Source of the DNA: the human T2T-CHM13v2.0 reference genome, Homo sapiens
DNA length: 64,000 nt
Strand: one strand, 5' to 3'
NCBI RefSeq assembly: GCF_009914755.1
Contig: NC_060928.1
Positions 54,289 through 64,000 of this stretch are shown in pieces. How positions within the stretch are numbered: position 1 is the stretch's first letter; every line of letters begins with the position of its first letter. The position numbers were made by a program, and so were the translations under genes. Under the pieces are notes generated by a model. That model was not told the DNA's origin. It did no database searches and was given only the letters and a program-made list of their open reading frames with translations.

Positions 54289-54855
54289 TATTTTAGATCT
54301 TTGCAATTGTAAGCTTCATCTGACTCTCATTATATTTTGTGCTTTGTTGATTTTTTTTCTATTTAAAAATCAATTTTAGATCTTTTTAAGGATGACTAAC
54401 TTTGAAGCTGGTGGCCCATCTGTTTTCTCTTTGTTAGCAGACTTTTTGCGACTACTCTGAGTTTGCAAAGAAAATGATTTGCTTTGATAAAGCAGCTTTT
54501 CAAAAAGAAAAAAAATAGCCTTAGATTTTTTTTTCACTCTATAGTAAGTGTTTCTAACACTCATAAACTCATCCTAAGTAGGAAAAAAGTGGTTGGCTAT
54601 TTGAAAAATTGCTATTATTAAATAAGCCTCTTATCTCTAAGGCTCAACTCTTTATACAGCAAAAGAATGTATTTTTGAAATTCTATGCTTCTTTAAAAAT
54701 TGGTTCTAACTTGTATGTAATGATATTCTGACCATAACTTTTTGTACTATAATTAATTCCCTGCTGTGTCTTATTCCTTATTTATACTATGTGAAAGAAT
54801 TTCAAAAAATTAGGTGGATATTACTTCAATTCCCAGCTATTCTGTATGTTTATAT

Positions 54856-54905
54856 TTCTATATATGTTAGCAGTATTCTTTTCTATATATGTTAGCAGTA
54901 TTCTT
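54856..54905. repeat. 25-bp exact tandem duplication
   Basis: ttctatatatgttagcagtattctt twice. Confidence 0.92.
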
Positions 54906-57252
54906 TTGATGTTTTAAATTCTTTGAAGGACGTTCAAGTAGTATTATGTTCACCAAACCATCGTGCAGAAAATGTAGGTTCTTATTATTTGTCACATCAT
55001 TGCCTTGTGTATGTCCCCTGAATTTCCTTAAATGACATTTGTTCAACCCAGAATTGTGCATGTTGCTGAAGGAAAACATAACTTATGTCAATTATTAAAT
55101 CAATTATTAGTAAGAGCCTCAGCTTTCCATGTATAAAAATGCCTTTGAAGTAAGGCATCCAAAACTAATCTATCTTAATGTACATTTACAAGAATAAATT
55201 GGGATAGTTTGTATGAAAGCCATTTATAATATTTTACAGTATATGACAGATGGAATTCTGAAATTACTTGTATTGTTTGTACTATCCTCCAAAATTTGCT
55301 ATGTATTTAGTAATATATTGACTTTATCAGTGGGTCAAGCTTATTCCTAAAAGTAGTTTGCATTACATTATACTGATATAAAACAACACATTGATATTAT
55401 GAAATTACTGTATTTTTATTTCACTTCCTTGCTCATATTATCTCTTAGATTAGGTAAATACGTTACTTTTAGAAGTTTCCAAGGAGAGCATACAGAGTAA
55501 AATTACTTGTAAGATAGAATCATTTAAGCAAGAAATTTAGGGCTCACATTATTTAATCATGCTAATAAGGACTAAAAAAGGATGAAAAATAAGTTTGATT
55601 CTTAATTTAATGATATACAATATATTTGTTTATGCATTTATTGGACTCCAGAATTTCTACCACATAAAGCCACAGCGATTGGCTATAAAGTCTATGAATT
55701 ATTCACACGAGACATTATGTGAATCTAAAGATTTTTTTAAGATTATTAAATACTATTCTCATTCAAGAAGCATTTTATTACATAATATGTGCTAGGTGTT
55801 GGGCAGCAGGGTGTCTAGACAAGAGGCTCTTTTTTTTTTTTTTTATGTTTTGCTATACTAAGCCACTACAATTGTTCACTTTTCTGCATTCCTATGCAAA
55901 TACAGAAAATTATTCTCCACTCCTTTCCCTCCAGCATATAAATTTAACTTAAATCTTTAACTCATTCTTTTATTTAGAAATCACATATTTCTGGAATACC
56001 AGTTGTGCAGAATTATATTTTCGTAGATGTCTTCTGAATTGAGTCCTTAATCACACTCCTGTTATTGCTTTTATAAGCAATAATTGTCTGAAATTCTCAT
56101 TTAAATCACCTTTTAACTAAGGAGAATTACTGACACAGAGTGGGTGATCACACATATACACACACACACACTCTCTCACACATACATTAGTGTTAAAGAC
56201 AACTTACTGTTCTACAAGATTTGGTTCTGCCTAGAGTTCATTTACTCTAATTATAAACAGAACAGTCAAAACATATGCCTAGTGGCTTCTGGGAAAACTG
56301 TTGTATGTTTTCACTTGTCCTTTGAAGAGAGAGAGGTGCTGTGATTTTACTCTCTTGGGAGCTCTGCTGGCCTTATTAGCATTCACCTTGCTTATCTCAT
56401 GCATGTCTTCTAACCCTGTTTGTGTCCTAAATGCCCACCAGTAGAATTTAGTATACCCTAAAGAATTTAGAAGCGAGGTTGAACCAGAAGAAGTAGTTTA
56501 ACTCTGGACAATGTGCACCATTCCACACCTCTTGGTAATTTGTGCAATCTGAAAAAAAATCAGGTCCTGTCTGCCAGAACCTTTTGATGTTTCTTTTCGG
56601 TTATTACATCAACTTATTACAGGGCTTCCTGCTTGCAAAGCAGTAACTACTTCTTTACACAGTCTCTCTGTAGTAGAGTGTTTCCTAGACCTTTAACAGA
56701 ACTCTTTATCACTGAAAACAGATTCCACGTCTAAGGCTACAAACAGACACAGCAATGGTGCCAAAACCTTTTGAAGAGAACTTCTATTTCTCAGTGATGA
56801 CAGGAAAAGGGCAGCCTGTTATTTTTAAATTTGGTTTGAGTCTACATTGGCCCTTTAATGATTGTACTTGAGAAAGACGCACATTTTAGGAGTGCCTGTT
56901 TACTTTACATCAACACATTGTGTCGTGATATATCAAAAGGAGCATTTACTTTTTAAGTAGTTTTTAAATGCTTTCATTGTGTATTACTACGTTGGATTGA
57001 TTTAGTAAAGGAGATGATATTTTTTAAAATTAATAATTATAAGGGCCCAGAAGAATGCCTGGTATATAATAAGGATTATATGTGTTTGCAAACTAAGTAA
57101 CATAAAAATTAATTATAAAGGCTTAATTTCACTCTCATAATGGCTATAAATGATAAAAGGATAGAAATGTATGTATAATGGTTTTCTTTCTTGATATGTA
57201 TATCACTGATCATTTTTATCTGTTTAATTTAAGGAAGCATTGTAGTTTAGGG

Positions 57253-57435
57253 CAGTGGTTCTCAACTGGGGGCAATTTTGCTGCCATCCCCCACCCCTTG
57301 GGGACATTTGGCAATGTATGGAGACATTTTTAGTTGTCACAACTGGGTGACAGAGAGGTACCCTGGCTTCTGTAGGTACAGGACAAGGATGCTACTAACA
57401 TCCTGCAATGTACATGATGGTCCCAAAAACAAGGC
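57253..57435 (-). mobile_element. MER20, missing one end
   Basis: 'cagtggttctcaactgggggcaattttg...ggggacatttggcaatgtatggagacatttttagttgtcacaactggg...ggatgctactaacatcctgcaatg'. Confidence 0.9.
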
Positions 57436-58259
57436 AATAAGTAATACATACTTAAACATACAGTACATAAAATGAAAATGCTTATTTACATTTAAGATTT
57501 ATTTATAAATTTCAATATTTTATTCAGTGAGTAATAATATTCATACGTGCTTTTATTCAAAGCACTTTTCTTACATGTAATTATATTTACCAGTATAGGG
57601 ACAATGGCTTCTTGATATCACAGCATTGCATGTTTCTATGTTGATGTATTTGTAATTAATTAAATTAATATATGTATTATAGAGTGTATTCTGTCATTTG
57701 TTTTGTTTATAATGCCTCAGCTTATACATTCATCATTTATTTTCTGAAATAATAAAGTGATCTACTCAATCAGTCTCCAAGCAACTAGACCAGTGTCAAA
57801 TGGGTCAGTCAGTTGCTGAGTTTTTATTCTAAGGAATATCTTGCTACTACTACTAAATTACCAAAATTTTTTATTTTTATAAATTAGATAATATTATGAC
57901 CACTGTCATTTGTATTTCAGAAGTTAAAATATTTACATAAATAGAAGATAAAGGAGTTGAGTGAAACATATTTTAATGCGAGTATTTTTATAGCTCTGGA
58001 TTTTACCCAAAGATGTATGTACCCACCATTTATGTTTACACAATGGGGCCGGGCAGCAGTTAAAAATTGCAGCCATACAATATCTCCCTTTCAATTCATT
58101 TTCTACAGTATTGACAAAATACACTGAAATTGATTTTTTTTCATTTGCTTTGATATCTAATGCTGTAGATATAATGTCATATTGCTTTGGTGGTTTTGAA
58201 AGATCTGTTAAATAAGCCATTTTAATAAGGAAAGTCCAGTAGATTATTTTCCAGACTGT

Positions 58260-58368
58260 ATAAATATTAATGGAGTTCTCAGTAAATGCCAGGTACTGGT
58301 AGGACATGTGTATTCAGCATTGAACAAGACAGGCAGAGTCCCTACCCTTATGCAACTTACATTCTATT
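58260..58368 (-). mobile_element. L2 3' end fragment
   Basis: 'atgccaggtactgg...tgaacaagacaggcagagtccctacccttatgcaacttacattcta'. Confidence 0.7.
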
Positions 58369-58376
58369 TGACCTGG

Positions 58377-58668
58377 TGTGTTAGTCCACTCTCACATTGC
58401 TAATGAAGACATACTTGACTTAGAAAACTTACTTACAATCACGGTGGAAGGGGAAGCAAATACGTCCTTCTTCATATGATGGCAGGAAGAATTGCTGAGC
58501 AAAGGGGAGAAACCTCTTATAAAACTATCTGATCTCGTGAGAACTCATTCACTGCCATGAGAATAGCAGCATGGGGGTAACTGCCAGAGTCTCTCCCATG
58601 ACATGTGGGGATTACGGGAACTACAACTCAAGATGAGATTTGGCTGGGGACACAGACAAACCATATCA
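58377..58668 (-). mobile_element. THE1C/D-like solo LTR with internal deletions (292 bp)
   Basis: TG...CA termini; perfect 5-bp TSD CCTGG at 58372-58376 and 58669-58673. Confidence 0.92.
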
Positions 58669-59729
58669 CCTGGGTACTGTAATGGGCAGAGGTAAATGTG
58701 TCTATTCTTGGAAATAAAATATATGGTATTCTCATTGTGTATCTTAACCTGCAGGTCTCATTAATAGGAAACCATGAACTTATTCAGAAGACACATTTCT
58801 CAGTGTGAATTATCCATACAAAAGTTACTACTTAGCTTCTACTACAAGAACTGTAACCAAGAATAATTCTGATTCACTTTAACATAATTTAATATTTATC
58901 TACTCTTTCAATTGAATTCACATTATAATGTTGATATTTTCATTAATCTTTCAAATATTTTTAAATTCTGTTTAACATTAGTTATTTTTCTAAGTATAAT
59001 ACCAGTTTTCCTAGATGGCTATTGGGGGATTGTTTCAAGTTTCTCTATTCCTTTAAGAACAATTCTTGTTGTAAAGCAATATTTTTTTTTTGTTAAGTGG
59101 AGAACATTTGCAGGAAAAATATATTTTAAAGTCAATGAAAATAATCATGTGCAGAGTTCTTATGTATGCAAGCAATTATAACAGAATAATTTTGCCTGAT
59201 AACATTCATGGCAACTACCAATAATTTTTACAAAACAAGGAAAAGAACTTCAGAAAAAATAAAACATTATTAAACGTTCATTAATCAGTGATTGAAGTAT
59301 TTCTCCCCTCCCCCATAAATTCTATCATCACATCATCCAGCCTTAACAAATTTTGGCTTTGCACATTGGCATGATTATTGTATTTCTGTTTTTCACCAAG
59401 AGACAAGTTTTTAATATAATAGAATCCCTAAATATCAGGTTTCATTTTACAATCAATGCTTTTAACCAGGTTGCAGTTGTAATGCAGTTTAAATTGCCCG
59501 TGCAATGTGTATTGTATCATAGCTTCATATTTGCCTTTCTTTAATTGAGTTATATGCAATGTTGGTGCTACATTTGTTACTAAAGAATGTTTTCTAACAG
59601 CTTACTGTACTTGATGTTATAAGAAAAATAATTTTGTATACAGAAAGCCAAGGAAAAAAACAGGGTATAATTTTAATATTAATGAAATAAATATTTTTAA
59701 CTGTCTTGTTTTCAACCCCGTGCTTTTTT

Positions 59730-59868
59730 TTTTTTTTTTTTTTTTTTTTTAGTACAGACAGGGTTTCACCATGTTGGCCAGGATGGTCTTGATCTCTTGA
59801 CCTCGTGATCCGCCCACCTCGGCCTCCCAAAGTGCTGGGATTACAGGCGTGAGCCACAGCGCCCAGCC
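59730..59868 (-). mobile_element. Alu left monomer only (AluSc-like) with long polyA
   Basis: Minus strand reads GGATCACGAGGTCAAGAGATCAAGACCATCCTGGCC (Sc-type); T-run 59724-59750; TSD cccgtgctttttt (59717-59729) / cccatgctttttt (59869-59881). Confidence 0.92.
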
Positions 59869-60529
59869 CCCATGCTTTTTTCTTAAGTAAAAACCCAATG
59901 CTTTATAAAATCTAGAGAGGGAATATACCTATGTGTGGATGACACTGAATCATTGAGAAAAATGCAAAAGGACTGTCTGTCAAATGCCAAACAAGGCAAC
60001 TGAACACAAAATAAATTGCAATGAGAGGCTGGTGTGACTTACTAATGGATCACACAGGCTGAAATAAGTGAATGTGGTTTATTTGTTTTAAATCAGCATC
60101 AGGTGTTTTGTTTTTCATTTCTTAGTGGTGTATTAAATAATAATATGTTTTAAAATTAGTATTTTCTTGCATTTGATGAAATACAGGCTATATGCTATTG
60201 TAAAGAAATGAGAGGAAGACAATTAAAAGGTAACAATGAACTTATTATAATGTGCACAGTCGACTGATTAATCACTAGATTTTCCATCCTTTCATCCTCA
60301 TTAGGAATTCTATGGATAGGTAATAAGCTAGCTGCATGACAACTAAATTGCGCAGAATCTGACATAATTACATGAGTTTCAGGAGGCTTAATTCTGATTT
60401 TGAGAAAGATGTGGCTAGACACATGCATTAAAATTACCTTCAGGGATCTCAAATTCTTCAGAGGTAATAAACATTGGTTAACATCATAATATGGAAATTA
60501 TTTTCCTCTGGGCCAAGGCAACCAAATCC

Positions 60530-60748
60530 ATATATATATATATGTGTGTATATATGTATATGTATATGTGTATATATACATATATGTACACACATATATA
60601 TACATATATATACACATATATATACACATATATATACACACATATATACATATATACACATATATACACATATATATACATATATACATATACACACATA
60701 TATACATATATATACACACATATATACATATATATACATATATATATA
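60530..60748. repeat. Complex TA/CA/TG microsatellite, followed by a short (TCTA)n
   Basis: Direct read; source of the low-complexity ORFs at 60458-60842. Confidence 0.95.
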
Positions 60749-60897
60749 CCCAAATCAGATCTATCTATATCTATCTATCTTAGATTCCCATCCTTCCGAT
60801 CCAAATGCATATGCCAAAATGTATTTTAATATTTTGTGTTAAGAGGATGTTTCCTATGTACTTCTAAACATATTCCAAAACATGTAGCATAAAATAA

Positions 60898-61110
60898 ACC
60901 TAGAATTTTAGAATTGGAAAGCAACTGAATGATTGTTAGAGTTTCTTCAAGATCTAAATTCTATTGTCTTACATTTTATTCATTTCATTCAGTGAGTGGA
61001 CTTAGAAACTGAAGCCCAGAATAATTAATTTATTCATTCCATGTTACACAGTTCAATGGTAGCACAACTAGAGTCTTTTGGCTTCAGGTTCAGTGTTCTT
61101 TCTATTAGCT
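60898..61110 (-). mobile_element. MIR/MIR3-type fragment
   Basis: 'tagaattttagaattggaaag', 'gaaactgaagcccaga', 'ttcagtgttctttctatta'. Confidence 0.6.
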
Positions 61111-61339
61111 CAAATTGTCCTATAATATACTAAAGACACAATAGGGTAATTAGTGTAGTGTATGGTATGATATGCCTCCTACTTTTCCCTTTCTCTGCCT
61201 CAAACAAATACACTTTCAAGACTGAAGTCTTAATTTTTCCTGTTGCTGAGAGTGTTGGCAACTGATAGCTCTCAAGTAAATTTCTCTCCAATAATTTCTC
61301 TGCTTAAAAAAAAAAAGCAAAACCAAAAAAACCTACTCA

Positions 61340-61625
61340 TCCAATACTATAGCCCTTCCCAGGGCCTGCCAATGTCCAATAACTGGATGATGGGATATAA
61401 GACTCCCACCGACTTGCCTGAATTGGAGACCACTATTAAGAACCATCCCAAATTCAGACCTCCCTATGTGATCAGTCGAGATAGTGTAATTGCACAGAAT
61501 TTAATTTCTCACTCTGCCTGACTCTGCTTTCTTCATTCTCTATAGTTGTTGGCCTAAGAACACTCCCCAATACATTTCACAAACATCTGTCTCACAGTCT
61601 GTGTTCTGTGGAACCAAACTACAAC
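61340..61625 (+). mobile_element. LTR16-like ERVL LTR, 3' half
   Basis: 'ccatcccaaattcagacctccc', 'ctctgcctgactctgctttcttcattc', 'aagaacactccccaata', 'gtctcacagtctgtgttctgtggaacc'. Confidence 0.65.
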
Positions 61626-61834
61626 AATAAATATAAAATTACTTGAATTTTCTAGAGAAAGTGACTTTCTTTTTAAAATAGAGATAAAAGTGTTCCAAGT
61701 GATTAGGTTCTAAAAGATGAAATAAATACCTCTCAAAGTAGTTTCAAGGTCTGTTAGTTACATTATATTGTTACTGTGATGATGATGATTATTGTTGTGA
61801 TTAAGGTAACTACATTCCAGGTAATTAGGCATTT

Positions 61835-62050
61835 TATAATCAAGGAGGTCATTAAATATTTGTAATAATCCTTTATGAAGATATGGATATAAATATAAAA
61901 CTTCATTTCTCAGATGAGGAAATTGGCAGCTTAGGAAGCTTAGGTAACTTGCCATGTTCACTAAACTAGAAAGTGTCTGACTTGAAGCTGACTTAAGGTA
62001 GCATTTGGGTCTTATATGAACAGCCCTATTTCACATGATGTATGCAGCAC
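61835..62050 (-). mobile_element. MIR
   Basis: 'catttctcagatgaggaaattggcagcttaggaagcttaggtaacttgccatgttcac'. Confidence 0.7.
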
Positions 62051-62200
62051 CTTGTCCTCAGTGTGGCCAATAAATATTTATCACAAGAATAAATGAATTC
62101 ATATATATCTGACCCTACCCATATGATTAACCCCTGCACAATGCAATCTCCTATGTCCACTATGAGCTTTGGAGATAATAGTAAACATCACAGAGAACTT

Positions 62201-62225
62201 AAAAAAAAAAAAAAAAAAAAAAAAA
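62201..62225 (+). repeat. A25 homopolymer
   Basis: Direct read. Confidence 0.95.
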
Positions 62226-63102
62226 CCAAGGGCAAAAAAACTAACATGTCAAAAACAAACTATGCTAAATAAACATAAATGGTTGATTTAAATGTGTATT
62301 TTCCTTTAAAAATTGAGAGTAAGAAGCCCCATCTTGCTTCTTTTGATAGTAGATCCACATGTGCCTTCTAAGTACCAGATACTGTACCAGAGAAGGGGTG
62401 CTGAGGCTGCCTGTGTGACTGAATTATTTGATCCTTTTCAATATGTCTTTTTAAAACTGTATATTCAATTTAATATAATATGCCAGGAGAATTAAAATGA
62501 TCACATAAAGAAAACAATGAATATTCCCTCAAAGGTAATATTAAAATAGTGGAAATGAAGTCTACTCCTACCATTTCTACTTTCCTAGGCAGCATCTGTT
62601 GAAATAGAAATGAAAAAGAAATGTAACCACTGGTGTTATCATTATGGACTTATTAATGTTGCATTCATCCCCAATTTTTTCCACAATATTTCATAAGCAG
62701 CACCCATGATATGTCTAACATTTGGCCACAGATATTGAGCACAAGGTTGATTTGGGGGTTGGTTGGTAACAATTAAATAAACATATAAGTTTACAGGGAT
62801 GGAGGAAAAAGAAAAGATCACATTTCTAATAGGTCCATAGCCTAGAGTATTGGGAAAGAGCCAAGAAGAAGAAAGTGAGCTAGACAAGTTCCCAAATGAC
62901 GAAAATGGAATCAAAATAGTTTATTCCTTTTACTCCTAAAAAGTCTGAGGCATCTCTTGTGAGTCTTACAATGTTTCCTTTCTACACCAAATTACCAACC
63001 TACCTATGTCTACTCCAAATCTAAGGAAAAGTTAAAACAGCATATTAGAATTCACAGAGGGGGGTCTGCTGTAAGTAGCTTATCACAAAAATATAAATAA
63101 GT

Positions 63103-63178
63103 AAAGATGACATCACAAACATCAAGACAATAAAAAGGAAAGATGACATCACAGACATCAAGACAATAAAAAGGAAAG
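63103..63178. repeat. 36-bp tandem duplication (1 mismatch)
   Basis: aaagatgacatcaca(a/g)acatcaagacaataaaaagg twice, plus aaag. Confidence 0.93.
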
Positions 63179-63419
63179 GCCTGAGTAGCAAAATCCTTCC
63201 CTCTGAAATCACTGAGTTTAAGGACGCCTAGTGGGTCTTTGTTTTGTAGAAAAGAAAAGGAGGGAGACTTATTTCAATAATAATCATTTTGAGGCATCAG
63301 CTCATATTACAATGTTTTTCTGCATGTAATTAATTTTAGAAAAATGTGATGAAGTTTTGAAAAATTCCTATGGAAATACTCGAGGAAGAAGGAACTGGTA
63401 GATAATCAAGCAGACGGCC

Positions 63420-63580
63420 TGTCCTACACTAGCTTAGGATAAAATCAAACTCTGTGCTACAATTTTCCAGTCTGTATAACGGGAATAAAAGAAACTACCT
63501 CAAAAGACTCTTGTGAAGAGTGAATATATGAGAGCAATAGCAGAGTGTTGGAAATACACACCCAATAAATATTATGTATT
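63420..63580 (+). mobile_element. MIR fragment
   Basis: 'tctgtataacgggaataa...actacctcaaaagactcttgtgaagagtgaat'. Confidence 0.55.
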
Positions 63581-63587
63581 ATCTCAA

Positions 63588-63930
63588 ACTTTATTCAGCA
63601 AATATTTATTAAATGGTTAATATGTGCCAGGCAATTGTGTCAGGAAGAAAGAGTAGAAATGAAGAGAAATGGATGACTTGAGATTATATTTTGTAAATAG
63701 CAAGGACCTGATTTTAAGGTGTATGAAGAAAAGAGAAAAGAATAATTTTCAGGTGTTGGCCTGAATGTGGTGCCATTTACTGAGAAGGGAAATTCTTGGG
63801 GAAGAATGAGTTTCACAGTTGAGAATCAAGTTTTATTTTGTTTGGTTTGATATTATGCCAAATTAGTAATATTAATATAAGTAATATTAATCAAACAAAA
63901 AGTGATGATGGCTAAATAAGCAAATGAGCC
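63588..63930 (-). mobile_element. L2 fragments
   Basis: 'ttattcagcaaatatttattaaatggttaatatgtgccaggca', 'gtggtgccatttactgaga', 'gagaatcaagttttattttg'. Confidence 0.65.
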
Positions 63931-64000
63931 TGCAGCTATCTATAGTGCTCTTCTCTCTTCTCCCTTGTCTGTTTCTCTTCATTTTTATCCTCTTTCTTTG

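Noticed and set aside
53106-59544. Longer non-repeat ORFs (53106-53420, 53661-54008, 57933-58307 and others)
   Set aside because: F/I/L/K/Y-biased composition expected from random AT-rich DNA; no domain or exon structure recognised.
60458-60842. Six overlapping 73-122 aa ORFs
   Set aside because: Stop-free frames of a TA/CA microsatellite.

Overview
AT-rich, CpG-depleted primate (human-like) genomic DNA, intergenic or deep-intronic. I found no supportable host protein-coding gene, RNA gene or CRISPR array. The recognisable ORFs in the track are broken LINE-1 ORF1/ORF2 or MaLR fragments, antisense frames of repeats, or microsatellite artefacts; the one exception is an open L1 ORF0 homologue. 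Two nested retroelement clusters dominate. (i) ~6330-16868: a near-full-length ancient L1MC-type element carrying an internally deleted L1PA4/5 (exact 16-bp TSD) and two Alus. (ii) 29266-43274: an L1MA9-like element (exact 16-bp TSD) carrying a full-length L1PA12/13-like element (itself holding a complete THE1D-like provirus, a half-Alu and a (TG)n), an L1PB-type fragment, a local duplication and a Tigger4b-like MITE. The rest holds MIR, L2, CR1, MER20, MADE1, ERVL/MaLR solo LTRs, microsatellites and short tandem duplications. I do not see a new biological system. The best oddities are an intact ORF0 with a duplicated start codon, a duplication preserving a pre-insertion site, a twin-priming inversion, two left-arm-only Alus with TSDs, and a miR-548-like MADE1 hairpin. 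Subfamily names come from recalled consensus sequences and need RepeatMasker/Dfam confirmation.
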